64,000 bases of DNA from the human T2T-CHM13v2.0 reference genome, Homo sapiens. Below the pieces are notes generated by a model. It did no database searches. It worked only from the letters and a program-made list of their open reading frames with translations, and was not told the DNA's origin. Of the stretch, positions 1-14,160 are shown piece after piece (the first letter of the stretch is position 1; the number at the start of each line of letters is the position of its first letter). The translations under genes were made by a program, and so were the position numbers. Location of the stretch: NCBI RefSeq assembly GCF_009914755.1, contig NC_060932.1. One strand, given 5' to 3'.

Positions 1-215
1 CTTACCCGGCACTGACTCAAAGATGGGCAAGGGGAAAAGCCGAGCAATGTGTGGGCTGTGTGGGATCCCTTTCTGGCTGATGAGAAGCTGAACCCATATT
101 TTTTCCTTCCATTGTGGGGCCTAACAGTGCAGACCAAAAAATTAATATCTAGAAATTGAGTCACTGAAGCCTTCTCTGGCTGGCCCCTTTGAACTTGCAC
201 CTCCTCATTCTGCAG

Positions 216-332
216 CTGACAACTGTCAAGAACTGTCCCCTGCCATTTCACCTGAGCTGACCTGATCTCCCCAGGGGAATGAGCCTCGTCTTGCACGTCC
301 CCTTCTTTGGGTCCCTGGCAGCGCTGCTGCAG
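216..332 (+). ncRNA. Candidate internal exon of a spliced non-coding transcript
   Basis: Acceptor ctcctcattctgcag| at 215 and donor cag|gtatgt at 332/333; stop codons in all three frames. Motif-based only. Confidence 0.25.
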
Positions 333-745
333 GTATGTTTAACATGTAGAGGTCACTTAATAGGTATGTCCTGGTTGGTTGATTTGGTTTCATAACTGAA
401 GTACATAATATGGTGCTTTGGGTTTGTTTAATTTTAAATATACCTGGCAAATCTGTTATGAGTATAACAAAATGTTTCTACTCCTGGGCAGTAGATAGAT
501 CGTGTGGCAAGCAGATTGCAGGTCACGTCTACTCTATGCCCTCAAATCCTGATGGCGCTGTCACTCAGCATCACAGAACCTTCCGATGTGGGCTTTTCTT
601 GTTTGTGCTTTCAAAGTATTTCTGATTTTAGAAAATGCCCATCTGACCTTTTCTTTTTTCTGTATGAATCCCCCAACCTCCCACTCCAGTCACTTGGTTA
701 CTCATCTTCCTTTTAAAATTCTTTATTTACTTTCTGTTTTCACAG

Positions 746-895
746 GATACAAGGAACAGGATGCTATGACGAGATATGCATTGAGAAGCTTCAGTCCTGC
801 CTCCATCCTTATCTTCTTCTCCCTGGACCAAAAGTGATAATTGTCATTTGGTCCTTATTTATTTTTAGAAATAAAACTCTTATGCAGATACCAAC
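746..895 (+). ncRNA. Candidate terminal exon with poly(A) signal
   Basis: Strong acceptor tttactttctgttttcacag|G at 745/746 and AATAAA at 870-875. Motif-based only. Confidence 0.25.
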
Positions 896-979
896 ACATA
901 CAAATCTGTATTCTTATACCCTCTATTTCTTACACACAAGGTAGCATATTATATTCACTGCTTGACATGTTACTATATT

Positions 980-1490
<511 letters not shown>

Positions 1491-1617
1491 AAGTTTCCTC
1501 TGGCCTCTATATTTTCTTATTAGCTTGTAAAGGTGAGCAGATTGATGAGTTGGGTTGAAGATATCTAACATTAAGCTGATCACAACCTCATGGTTCCTTC
1601 CTAGAGGCTCCTTTAGT

Positions 1618-1924
1618 TTCTTTCTTTTCTTTTCTTCTCTTCTCTTTTTTTTTTTCCGAGACAGGGTCTCACTCTGTTGCCCATGCTAGAGTGCAGTGGT
1701 ATGATCATAGCTCTCTGCAGTCTTAAATTCCTGGTCTTAAGCAATGCTCCTACTTCAGCCTCCCAAGTAGCTGGGACTACAGGGGTGTGCCACCATGTCC
1801 GGCTATTTTTTGTAGAGACAGAGTTTCACCATGTTTCCCAGGCTGTTCTCCTAGTGTCAAGAGATCTGCTCGCCTCAGCCTCCCAAAGTGCTGGGATTAC
1901 AGACATGAGCCACCGTGACCAGCT
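1618..1924 (-). mobile_element. Alu (AluJ-like)
   Basis: T-rich tail, then gagacagggtctcactctgttgccc...ctgggattacagacatgagccacc. Confidence 0.95.
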
Positions 1925-2239
1925 GAGTCTGCTTTTGTTTCTTAAGAATCCAGGAACTAGGTAATAAATGTATGTCTTTGCTACTCCTAAGTCTTATTAA
2001 TCACTTACATTTCTGACAATTAATCATTGGACCTCAAGGGACTTTGATAAGATTAATTTGAAGTTCTCAGCAGTAGAAAGTTTATTTTGTCAGTCTGCAA
2101 AGCTTCTGGTGTCAGAGCTTCTGGTTCAGGGCTGTTTGACTCAAAGAACCAAGGGACTCTTGGAAAAAGAAACAAGACTTACATGGAATTTCAGGATCTC
2201 CATTGTTTATAAGCCATAATTCTGGGAAGAAGGAAATGA

Positions 2240-2430
2240 ACTCTAATTAAGCACCTCTATGGGTCAGATACTTTATATAAAACAAAGAATTTAATCCTCA
2301 ACAATAACCTGCCACAGAGATGAGATTATCACCATTTTTACAGAAGAGGAAATAGGATCTGAGAGCCTAAGCAACTTGCCCAAGGTGACTCAGTAAGTGG
2401 CATGAGCTGGAGTTGAAACCCAGAGCTATA
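2240..2430 (-). mobile_element. MIR
   Basis: Antisense MIR core ccatttttacagaagaggaaat...aacttgcccaaggtgactcag. Confidence 0.75.
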
Positions 2431-2502
2431 TTGCTATAGAGCCCATCCTTTCTATTTCATGGCCCTACTCTCTGTCCCCTGCCCCTAGATAATATTAACA
2501 AT

Positions 2503-2560
2503 TGATAGACAGATAAGTAGATAGATAGATAAATAGATACAGATACACACACATATATCT
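2503..2560. repeat. Imperfect (GATA)n microsatellite
   Basis: gatagacagataagtagatagatagataaatagatac. Confidence 0.8.
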
Positions 2561-3132
2561 GTATATCAGGATGTGCTATATATTACATTTTATTTATTTC
2601 CAAAGGCCTTAGGAAAAAAACAATAGCAGTGTAGAACATGAAGGCAAATGGTTACAAAATACATGGATACGTGTATTTTACTGCTGATATAAATTTATGT
2701 CTATTGAGTTATTCCCAAGTTAACAAGGACCGAGAAGTTACTGTGGCCTAAGAATTGTGCTCTGCATGTTGGTAGAGACAAAATAAGCAGCGTCTACTGG
2801 CAAAGACTGTATCATGTTGCCGGAGAAGTGAAGCATTAAGTAGAAACTGTGTGTAGTGGCTGTGAGGGCAGCATGGTTCTGCAAAGGGCTTGACTGGCGG
2901 GAAGAGGATTAGATTCCCGCATGTGTAGTTGGGAATCTGATCTGTAAAAGCCAGACACTGAGGTTTTGATGTCTTTCTCCAGTTCACACAAAGAGCTAAT
3001 AGCTGGGCTGGGACTATGTCTTAAGCATCCTGGATAGTTAACATCTTACCAACCTCTGTCTTCCCCAAAAGCTGCAATCTCCATATGCAGGAGCCAACAT
3101 CAGTTTGCTGCAAGGGAGGAGAATGAGGACTA

Positions 3133-3560
3133 TTGTATCAACTGGAGTCCCATAGAAAACAAATGACACACTCAAAAGGGGTGATCAAGAGTTCCATGGA
3201 GGGGCCGTTGACAAAGGTAGAGCCGGTTTAGAGAAAAGCAATAAGGGATGCGGAAGCCTCAGGATCAGCAGCAGCAGGAAGCCACTGGCACCGAGTGCCA
3301 AGGGGTAGGGAGCGGTAGCTGAGGTGTGGTGAGCTGTAGGTACAGAAGCACTGCTATTGCTGCATCAGAGGTATCAATATTCCATCCTCACTCTCTCAAT
3401 GCCCTCTGATCACACGCCTGGTGCCCTGGAAGACAGAGGTCACTGGAGCTGTGTGGTTGCAGTCGTTAGAGGTCAGCTTCCTGGCTGCAGCACAGTGCAG
3501 AAAGGAAATGGACAGAGAGTGGTTCTGGCAGGACAGATGGAGACTATCCAGTGCAAAATC
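3133..3560 (-). mobile_element. ERVL LTR (LTR33-like)
   Basis: gtcccatagaaaacaaatgacacactcaaaagggg...cagcagcaggaagccactggcacc resembles recalled antisense LTR33 consensus. Confidence 0.5.
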
Positions 3561-4669
3561 CATGCTGGGGAAATTTAAGAGTTTTCTTGGGAGTGCATTA
3601 AAGGAGCTATTGCAGGTGCCTTAGAATCTCAGAGTCTTAAAGTCACTCCCTTCCATAATCCAATAGCTTGTTCTTGTTCTCAGGAAAGCTCTATAAACCC
3701 AGGGCCTTATTCTTATTGTAGTCATCATTTCCAGCAGAGCACAGATTCAAGAGCCAGCTGTTTAACTCATGACCTTGCTGAAGAGGTGGTAATGGGGCTA
3801 TTCTTAGTGATCACATTGTTATGGGTTAGCAACTTGATGTTCAAGGTAGTGGGCACCTAGATATCTCTGAATGATGGTGTTTGTTGGTTTGAAAGAGGTC
3901 TCCCTCATTAATTCATTATCTTGCTGGAGAGGCAGTTGCATTTTGGCTTCAGCCTTTAAATGATAGTGGCTCTATTTCCGACTTGCTTGGAAACTATTAT
4001 TAACTATTATTCCCAACAATACACTTGCATATTTGACAATCTAGAAACCAAATTTAGCCATGCAAATTATAGACAACTGCTCTCTTATAATGTCACTGTG
4101 ATGTCCCAGTTTTTAAGAAATGGAAGATTAACAAAGCCAGCTTCAAATGCTTAAAACAATATTTTATGTAAGAAGCCATTTTCCCCCAGAGATGCATAGA
4201 CCTGTAAAATGTTTCCAGAGCTCTTTGGAAGATAACCAATATTTCTCTCAAAGGAAGGGGAAGTAGCAGAACATCAAATATACGCAAAAACCCTTCAAAG
4301 CTGGAAGTGCCATCAGCTTACTAAGGAATTATGTTAAAAATAAGGGAAACTTAAGAGGTCACTTAAATGATTTAAACACCATATTTTCCCTCTTCTCCAA
4401 AAATCCCCCAAGACAATGCTCATAATGTTAGACTGACCTTTTAGCATATGTGATTTTAGTGAAAGACATTTCTCTTCTTCTAAATATATCTCAAACCATT
4501 CTTAAAAGTAATGATTTCTCATTAAGGCTCTTGCACCTGCTTGTGAAGAAAAGACATCTGACCTTTAAAAAATATTCCATGGGTCTGAATCATCTAAGTA
4601 TATTGTAGCTTTATTCTTGCAGACAAGGGAAACCAAGAATGATCTGGATAATGGAGAAACCTGTTAATA

Positions 4670-4870
4670 CAACTGGATTTGAATCACACTACTGGCTGAA
4701 ATTCACACAACCGGATTGGGATCCCACTGTGTAATTTTAGGCAAGTGACTTTACCTTTCTAAACCTCAGTCTTCTTATCTCTAAAATAAGGATAATACGA
4801 CTAACCTGAATGCCTATTGTAAGCAATAAATGGATTTATGTGTGAGCACAGTGTTCAATAAATGAGCATT
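4670..4870 (+). mobile_element. MIR
   Basis: ggcaagtgactttacctttctaaacctcagtcttcttatctctaaaataaggataata core plus 3' caataaatg. Confidence 0.75.
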
Positions 4871-4875
4871 AGGGT

Positions 4876-5169
4876 CTTTTCTTTTCTCTTTTGAGATGGA
4901 GTCTCGCTCTGTCTCCCAAGCTGGAATGCAGTGGTGCAATCTCGGTTCACTGCAGCCTTTGCCTCCTGGGTTCAAGCAATTCTCATGCCTCAGCCTCCTG
5001 AGTAGCTAGTACTACAGGCGTGAGTCAACACACCCAGCTAATTTTTGTTATTTTTGGTAGAGACAGAGTTTCACCATGTTGGCCAGGTTGGTCTCCAACT
5101 CCTGACCTCAAGCGATCTGCCTGCCTCGCACAGTGCTGGGATTACAGGCGTGAGCCACTGCGCCCAGCC
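4876..5169 (-). mobile_element. Alu (AluS-like)
   Basis: Full antisense dimer gagatggagtctcgctctgt...gagccactgcgcccagcc. Confidence 0.95.
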
Positions 5170-6029
5170 AGAGTGTTTTTGTCTGAAGCTTCTTGCCACA
5201 CAGAATACAGTGAAAGAATCCAACTATGGTAATTCAAGAGTCTTCTCAGAATTTAGGCTCAGAACTGAGACTGAAGTATTGGCAGAGGACCTAAGAGACA
5301 AAGAGAACCTTGTCATATACATGGATTCTGAAAAAATGTCATGGCTTCTGACAAACTAATCTAGCATATGCCAACCTAAGGGCCCTGGGCATCTATTTTC
5401 AAACTTATCCCTTGGGGTACCACCACCAGCTTGCCTGGGATTACCTGATCAGGTAGTTTAGAGAAGATAATAATTATAATAATTGAGACAGTCATGATAG
5501 TAGTACTTACTCTTCCTGCAAAATGATTAGTATGATAGTTCTGCTGCCCATACTTAGGGAAATGATACTTTCAGACATGGAAAGGATGATGATATGAAAT
5601 TGGGACCTTGTTCTGATGGAAATGCTTCGAGTTTTAAATAGCTTCAAACTTTAAGAGTTTCAATACAACAGAAGCTCTAAAAATCCAGGGTCTTTGAGTA
5701 GTCTTCACATCTCTCTGCCCAATTCCAGAGATGCACTGAATTTGAGCCTTTGAGGAAGAGGGTAATCTGTTCTTTATATTTTTCTGACTTTTAAAATCAA
5801 TCTTATACAATGGGTAATCATCATTTTACAATTTATACAACTTATAGTAATAAAAACGTTTGTTTAAAAAAAGTCTTGCAAAGTATTTTTGAATGTTTTA
5901 AAACATTGTTTACTTTAGTATATTTTGTGTGAACTAGAATCACTGAACCTAAATAGCACATAGAAGGAAGGGAGAGGGGAGTTGGAAGACATTTTTTCCT
6001 AAAAGGGCAATGGGTAGTAAATTGCCCAG

Positions 6030-6250
6030 ATTCTGGAACCTTCTGTCTCAGTCCAATTCCTGACTAGACCATTTAAAAGTTGCATGAATCTTGGATGAGT
6101 TACTTAACTTTACTCTGCCTCAGTTTCATTGTCTGCAAAATGGAGACCTCATGTAATGTTATGAGAATTAAATGATTTAATATATATTAAATGCTAAGGA
6201 AAGCTTGGGCAGATAGTGAACATGACTTAAGTCTTAGCCATCATAATTAT
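6030..6250 (+). mobile_element. MIR
   Basis: agttacttaactttactctgcctcagtttcattgtctgcaaaatggag...gagaattaaatg. Confidence 0.75.
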
Positions 6251-6289
6251 TACCCCTCTCAGAATCATTCTTTAGAATAATTCAGCCTT

Positions 6290-9280
6290 TACTTTATTGT
6301 ACTTATTTATTTTAAACTACTTTTATATTTATCAAAGTTATACATAACCTGGTTAAAAGTCAAATTGTATTTAAAGAGTAATAATGAATAATAACAGTCT
6401 CCATGTTCACAACGAATCTGTGATCTTGCTGTCCAGAGGCAGTTACTTCCAATCCATTCTTTTAGCTGGTTATTCTGGTTTTTAGTTCCTGGGTTCTAAA
6501 TAATAAGTATAAATGGTTATTTCTTGATTTATCAGTTTTAGACATTATCTATCTATATGTATTATAGCAGTCGAGTTGAGCTTTTGTGCACTTCCTATCC
6601 CATTTCTCTGATTCTACCAGTGCAATGAGGTTCCATCAAATTTATGGTTAAATCAGATTTGGCATTTACTTTATTATGGTTATATATGTATTGTTCACTT
6701 CTAAACCAAGTGGTGTGCTATAATTACATTTTGCTTTAGAAATTTTTGTTTTTATTGGAGATAATAATTATTTTTTAAAAATTTACTAAAATTTATTTAA
6801 TTCTCCACCACACTCATGATTGCTGAGGTCTATCCAACACCTTCCATTTTGCCTTCAAATGGTCAAATATTCTTGATAATTGATCAATCCCATTGTGCTT
6901 CGAAGACAACTGCCCCTGAGCCATTTATCCTTCTAGTCCAGTCTGTACTTACTGCTACCATAGTCCTACTCCCCAGTTTCCTCCTGGATTTTCCTTGCAC
7001 CTGTTCTGTGTCCTGCATCCTCATCTTATTTTACTCCCTTATTTTTCTGGAGCACATCCTCTAGAAGCTTATTAAGAAAAGGTACATTAGAGGAAATATT
7101 CCAGACTCCTTGTATATTTGAAGATATCTTTATTCTCATACTTGATTGATAATTTAGCTGGTAATGGAATTCCAGGTACATCCATAACTTCCCTCAGAAT
7201 GTTGAAGTTAGCATTGGTTCAGTGTCTCCTGGCTTCCTGTGTTGCCGTAGAGCATTCTGATATATTTCCAATTTCATTTCTTTTCCATGTGATTGTTTTG
7301 TTCTAAGTGCTTTTAGTATCTTCTTTTCTAAATGGCTGTCATACTTCAGTTTGGATCTTTGTTTATTCATTTATTATGCTGAGCACTTTGTGGTTACTTT
7401 CAATCCAGAGACTCATATTATTTTGTTCTGAGAAGTTTTCTATTATTTCTCTGACAATGTCCTCTCTTTGTTTTCTTTATTCTTTTCTCAGAACTACTAT
7501 TAGTTGTTCGTCAGATTTCTTGAATTGATTCTTCACATTTCTCATGTTTATTCTTCAACTTTTCTTCTCTTTGTATTTTCTGGCCTTTGTGGGCTATTTC
7601 CTCAAATTTATCTGTCATTCCCTTTACTGAGCACTGGAAATTAATGCTTTATTTTTTGAATGAATAATGTATGCTTTTGGTACAAAATTCAAAATTACTA
7701 ATGAGAATGTAGATACAAGTTAGCCTTCTTCTGACTCTTGCTCCTTAAATATCCAATTCATCTACTTGGTGGGGATAAATATTCACAGATGGGACAGCAC
7801 AGAGGGGAACAGAGGTTTAGGGCTAACAAGCGGAAGTATTTTATGGAAGTTCGCACACTGAATGATGCAAGTCCCGGTTTTCTTTCTCCATCTTGTTCCT
7901 GGAAAGCAATCAACCAGGCATATATTCTCCTAGATAGGAAATGGTTGGATTACTTGGCTGGAGAATATAACCTTGGCTGTCAATATCATTGGGTCTTTTC
8001 TCCTGGGTTGGTAAGATTCCTCAAAGTAGAATATTTTAATATCTTGCTTGGAGGGCATAAGCCTACTGCTAACATTTTGAGAAAAAGAGCAAGCATGGGA
8101 GTGAGTGTTGTCTCTATTTAGTATGTCAATTTCTACTTAATTTTTCTGTTTCTATTATTGTACTACCATCTTCAACTATCCTTGGTCACTAAGTTCAGAG
8201 ACTCTGTTTTACCTCCTTTAGAGAATGTTAAGCCTTTAGTGTTCTGCTGGGGTGGAGGAGGGAAAGTCATCTGGTTAAGTTGAGTAAGGGAAAGGATCTA
8301 TTGTTTTAATTGCCTTTCTATGCTTGAAATTGCATAATTTCTCTTGATTTGTTTTCTTGTTTACTGACACTTTCCTTTGTTATCTCCTTCCTACTCTTCT
8401 ACCTAGTAAATATTTTATTTCAGATATTATACTGCTCAGTTCTAGAATTTTTCTTATGTTTCTATATCTTTTCTAAGATTCCCTATCTTTTCATTCATTA
8501 TAAGAATATTATCTTTTGCATCATTGTGCACAGTTATAATAGCTCCCATAAAATCCTTGTTTGCTACTTCAAACATCTGGGTCATCTCAAGGTCAATTTC
8601 TGTTAATTATCTTTTCACCTGAGAATGAGTTGCATTTTCCTGTTACTTCATATATGGAATAATTTTGGATTGTATTCTGGGTGTTGTGAATGTTATGTTG
8701 TGGACAATCTGGGAGAGAGTTGTTGTTGAATTTATTTATTTTAATAGGCAATTGCTTTGGTTTGATTCAAGCTAAAAACTCTGATTTTTGGTGATAGTTC
8801 AGATCTCCTTGTAGTTCCTGCATATTTAGCTGATATGTGTGCAGTTTGCCCTGTGCATGTGTAGCTAGGGAGTAGCTCAGAATTTACACACTTAATTTGT
8901 GGCTCCCCTTCTTTGGCCCCTCCTTTCCAATATTACCCCTTTATTTCCCCTGTGGTTGTGGCTATAGTGGCCCTGAACTCTTTTCTCTGGTTCTTCAGAC
9001 CAGAAAGACCGCAGATTTTCTATTGGAGTTTTAGCAATGCCACCTGGCCACCTTTCCTAGGTCCAAGAAATAGGAAGAAAAGGGAAAATTACTCTGCTAC
9101 CTTGTGCCATTCCCTTATTCCAAATGGCAACTCCCCTCCAGAATCTACCTGCTTTTGTTCACTCTACAGTGCTTTCGGATTTTTTTAAAAAAGTTGTTCA
9201 AAGTTTATTATTATTATTTGAGGCAGAGAGGTCCAGTGGGAGTTTATTCTATTAGAGGTGAACTCCTAACAGCTTGTCAA
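6290..9280 (-). mobile_element. Degraded ancient L1 (L1ME/HAL1/L1M) fragments
   Basis: Strongly T-rich + strand. Antisense ORF1-like text (ttgataatttagctggtaatggaattccagg...ccctcagaatgttgaag) near 7140-7260 and L1M 5'-region-like sequence at 8340-9270. Probably several fragments. Confidence 0.55.
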
Positions 9281-10567
9281 CAACCTTTTAAATAACTCTA
9301 TTTACCATTAACTCTGCTTCCAAAGTAACCTGGTACCACTAATTTCTGAGCTTTTTCAAGGTTCTGTGGTATAAATGACAATAGTCATGGTTAGTATATT
9401 CACCTCTAAAAATTATTTCAGTAAGCATAAATAACATGTAAGCAAAGTGGGAGGTAATGAAAGATTGTGTCATACAACATTCTAAATCAGACAGAATTCC
9501 TGCTGCTCTTCCATTTGGTCTCAAAATGGCATTGGCTAGGTTTTTTTCAGCCTCATGTTGGCCAAAATAAGAGCCTTTCTTTAAACCAGTGTTCTAAAAC
9601 ATTCATCATCTCAACTGTTTTGGATTATCAGTTGGCTGCAAACCAGGGGGTCACCCATGGCAGCATGGTACAGACCATGTCTGTAGGTTTTCTTTTCTTT
9701 TGATTCCAATGAGAACATCAGAGAAACAAAGAGCACTTCTTTGCAAGATGGACTCTTCTAGAGAAGATGGTCGGCCAATGGACTGTGGAGACAAAGGTCA
9801 GAATTGTGGTCCCTTGGGGCATCTCATCTTGTTAGGATCATCATGGTCTCCTCAGGCTGAAGTTCATGAGCCATGAGTCCCCAGCACCTGATTCCCTCAG
9901 CACCTGATTGTTCATGAGGTTAGAGCAGTTAATACTGAGACTGTTGCAATTCTGTGAGTAAATAAGGTTTTTATTTCTGTGTTGGAATTTCTTGTTTTGT
10001 GCACCTGGTTTGGATATTTGGTTTATTTGCATAAGAATGCACACGTGTAGCTTGGGATTCAACTCAGAGAGGGACTTTTAGAAAAGTCTAAAGTCAGAGG
10101 GGACTATTGTCTATGTGAGTACACTTTTTAAAGCATCCCTTTCATTAGCTATCAAGGCACAAGCTCTGTTTCCTAAGGAAAGTCACCCCAAACAGCTATT
10201 ATATAAACTACAAAAGAAGTAGATGTGGACATAATTAAGCACATTTTTATTTCCAATTGAAATACAGTTGGAAACTCTTTAGGGCTCAAGTCAAAACTTT
10301 TGGCTTTGTTCCCTGGTCCAGAATTCAAAACAATTTCTCTCTCTGGAATTGTAATCGTTTTTTCTGAAGATTATTGAATTCAAATAGCTTGATATGGAAC
10401 TAATCTAGTCTAGTTGAATTTTTGGAATTCTTTAAATTCTCAAAAAGGTTGAATTTATCTGGTGCTCAGTAGATGTGAACGAGCAACATCCTAAGGTGTT
10501 CTCTGAGCTCAGAACACCCAAATTGTTTTCTTCCTGTAGAATTGTTGTTAAGCCCTGAGGTGCAAAA

Positions 10568-10625
10568 TTTTCCCTCCCTCCCTCCCTCCCCTTCTTTTTC
10601 TTTCTTTCTTTCTTTTCTTTCTTTC

Positions 10626-10693
<68 letters not shown>

Positions 10694-10733
10694 TTCTTTT
10701 CTTTGCTTTTTCTTTTCTTCCTTTTTTTTTTCT
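10568..10733. repeat. (TTTC)n / CT-rich polypyrimidine tract
   Basis: About 165 bp almost entirely C/T, with a long perfect TTTC core. Confidence 0.95.
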
Positions 10734-10919
10734 TAAATTATCTCATAGTTTTTCGTACTTTCAGATGGGTAAATTGAAACATTGGAAGGGTAAGCATTGG
10801 ACTTGTGTCTTGGTCACAAACGCAGGTTTTGGGGGACAAAGGCAGAAGTAAAAGACAGATCTCCTTCTCCAATTCAAGGCTGTGTGAATTCTACTACTGA
10901 GCCCTCTATGAAACATTAA

Positions 10920-11700
10920 CTCAGTGGTTCATCCCCTGGGGGACCTGGGACCGTAGGAGGTCTTTAAAGGAAGCAAGAGAGATTTTTAAATAATTTTCAT
11001 TTTTTCAAGAAGTTCAACAGACTTTGCACATTTCCCAAAATAAAAGTGCATGAATTAACCAGAATGTCATGGTATTTTTGCTTTTGATTAGAGTTAAATT
11101 AATTCAGTTTGATAACATTGAATATCATCCTGATCTGAAGCTTTGATTACAGTTATATATGCCTTAAATGATTAAAATGTGAAAATAGGTTAATTATGTC
11201 TTAATAAATTCAGTTTATTTGATACATAGAAATTTATAAAACCTGAAACTAATCAGAACAAAATATGACACATTTTCACAACTCCCTATGAGTATCTTAA
11301 ACAAGTAGAATGCTAAGGCATATGAAACTCTAAAATGTATCTATTTCAAGATTTTTCTGGAAGATTTTATATATTTTTTTCTGTCTAGCTGCCTTAACAT
11401 GAACAGTATAAAGCCAAATTATTCTCTCTTATACATTTAACATTAATTATGACAACAGTTCATTGACCAATGTCCACCAATGATGGACATCAGCTGTTTA
11501 GGATTAATTATGGGTGTATTGACTTTTCTAATCCCCACTTAAGGGGTTGAATATCTGTAGATGCTGATCAGACATTTAAAAGAGGGTAACAACACCAGTA
11601 TTATATTGAGAAACAATGAGAAAAGCTAAGTTTAATTCATCATTCTGCTAAAAGTCAATCAATAACATTTTTCATGTGCTAACAACAGTTAATAAAGACA
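10920..11700. mobile_element. Possible ancient hAT/Charlie DNA-transposon remnant
   Basis: Begins with cagtggttc (hAT-type terminus) followed by an AT-rich body. Weak recognition. Confidence 0.25.
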
Positions 11701-12839
11701 GTTAAGCCAGTTTGGAAAGTATAAATGGAAGAATAACTTCCTGATTTCATATGACTCATTAGGCTCATCAAAAGACTTTTCTTCGAGGAAGCACTCAACT
11801 TGCTTCTTTGAGCTAATGTTACAGGTTGTGGTTTTCATAATCATGCCGTGATCGCTGTGGCTTTGGGCGTCACTTTTCTGACGCACCTGGCTCCATCTGT
11901 TTTAGATACACAGTCCAGAGTTCACATTGCTGAAGGGCAATGACTGAGATCATTGTTTCCTCAAGGTGTGCCCTTTAAAGGCTAAATCGATGGCGAGATG
12001 GGATAGGCTCTAGGGCTGAAGAACACATGATGTGTTAAGTTTAGGTCACATTCTTTCCTAGATATCTGGACACCAGATATGATTATGGAGTATTTCTTTG
12101 TCCTAAGGCAAGGTCGTGCATGACCTCCACTGCTGTCTGCATGCAGGTGCCCATGAACTTGGAGGCAACACCAGAATGTTCTAAGTATTATCACTCACAG
12201 GAATTCATATTTGTATGATTGCTGAATGTCTGTTGGAGCATATTACATAAAATACTGCCGGTGACGGAAGCTGCTTAATCTACTCAGAGTCCTCATGTGC
12301 AAAGGAAGGGTAAGGCAGATGGTCCCTAAGGACTCCCCTACCCCCAGGCTCTGGCCAGCTTTCTGTAACTCTAAGCTTCCTTGAATAGAAAGCCTCAGAA
12401 TAGAGATAGCCTGGTACGACACTCTTGACCAAGTTAATACCAGACAGGTGGCAATTTACATGTGTGAGAGGCTCTCATTTGAAAGTGGGAAAGCTAGGTG
12501 AACACAAAACCTATGCCTCCAAGTATAGATTTTAACCTTAAAAACAGAAGTTTCACACACGGAAGACTATTCTTTTCCTTTCATTGTTTTGTGCCAGTGT
12601 AGAAAATGACCAATAATGACACTTGTAAATATCTTCACTGGAATCTTGTATCCCTGGGACTTAAAGGGTTAACAGTTAGAAGACTTTAATTGTATAATTT
12701 TCTGGGTTCCCAGACATGCCTTTAAAGGTCTTCACTTCCTCTTTGTCTTTCATTCTAAGCTCTCTCTCCTGCACAAGACCTGCAGGGCCTGGCATCTGTG
12801 AGCACTCCAATAAGTATTTATTACTAAATTCAGTTGTCA

Positions 12840-13060
12840 TTCATTTAGAATGTACTCGGTGCCAGCCCCTGTTTTTCTAAGCCTGTCTTATTTAACCTTT
12901 ACCATTACCTCATGATTTACTCTTATCCTTATTTTACAGATGAAGAAATGCAGATTTTTGGGAGGCTGAGTAATTGGCCTGCAGTTATATAAATGTGGAA
13001 AAGCAGGCTTCAGACTAAAGCACGTTTGACTCGAGAGCTTGTGTTGTTAATCACTTTGCC
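12840..13060 (-). mobile_element. MIR
   Basis: atccttattttacagatgaagaaatg antisense core. Confidence 0.7.
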
Positions 13061-14160
13061 ATCTTGCCCCCCTTCCTTTTGTTGTATAGATGAATAATAT
13101 GTGCTCTTTCACTTAATGAAAAGTGTGGTTTTGGCAGATCTCCTCTGCTTGAACACATCTTCTGTGGTGGAGAGGAAGGGGCTTGGAGGTAGGAATTCTC
13201 TCACCAGCTTCACCAGGAAAATAGAAATATAGAACCTAGTACCTAGTATACGACCTAGAAAGAGCAGATTTCACTCACCAGGAGCAAAGTGTCATGTAGG
13301 GACATGTAGAAGTTTAAAAATACATACACATAAAGCAAATATCCACATTTTATAGGGGTACAACCAAGCAAAATGATATATATTAAATCCACTGGATGGT
13401 TGCTCTTGGGGGTGGAAATAGGAGTGAAGAATAGAGTTAGAAGACAGTAAATAAATACATAAACAGGAAAGGGGCCTTCTAAGGGTCTAATGATGATAAT
13501 GTGGTGTGAGCTGAGAAATACAATTAACACAACCTTTTACACTTGAGCACGTCTCCTCCCTCTTATAAGATTCAAAGCAAGGGAAAAGTAGATCAAGTCA
13601 AGACAATGTGTGGAAGGGCTAGGAAGACATGAATGAGTGCCTCCTTTTTCACATTCAGGAATCATTTACTTAGTCCTAAGATGGAGGGGCTTTCATATAA
13701 ACACCAGCTACACACAGGCATAAGGTTAGCTCCACTGGGCATTGAATTTTTGCCAGAGAATAAAAAGCTTGAGGTCTTATCACCCATACACTACATGAGA
13801 AACAGTCTCAGAATGTGCAAGCTAAAAAAGATGGTCACAGTTATTTTCCAGATAAGAAAGCCAAAGTTCAGAGTGCTTGAAGAACCAGTCCAAGATGGCA
13901 CAGCTAGCTTGGGACAGATCCCATATGGCAAGCCAGTTCCCTCCCCCATTGACCACACTGCGTCTCCAGGGTCATCTGCCTCATCTGGTCTCTGAACAGC
14001 CCCCACACAGTGATAACTCTGTTTCTCCTGTTGAACTAGAGGTGGATTTGCTTTGCCAATTTTTCTCTTTTTCATTACCTTGACTCTGGAGAGCCTCGAC
14101 TAAGGAGGATACTCAGTAAATGTTGATGACAGTGATAGCCAATATTAAGAATGATGTTTT

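Noticed and set aside
1-10. Minus-strand donor-like CCGG|GTAAG at the window edge
   Set aside because: No convincing partner acceptor or reading frame identified; context is cut off.
10542-10736. Phe/Ser/Leu-rich ORF resembling a membrane peptide
   Set aside because: Translation of the (TTTC)n microsatellite.
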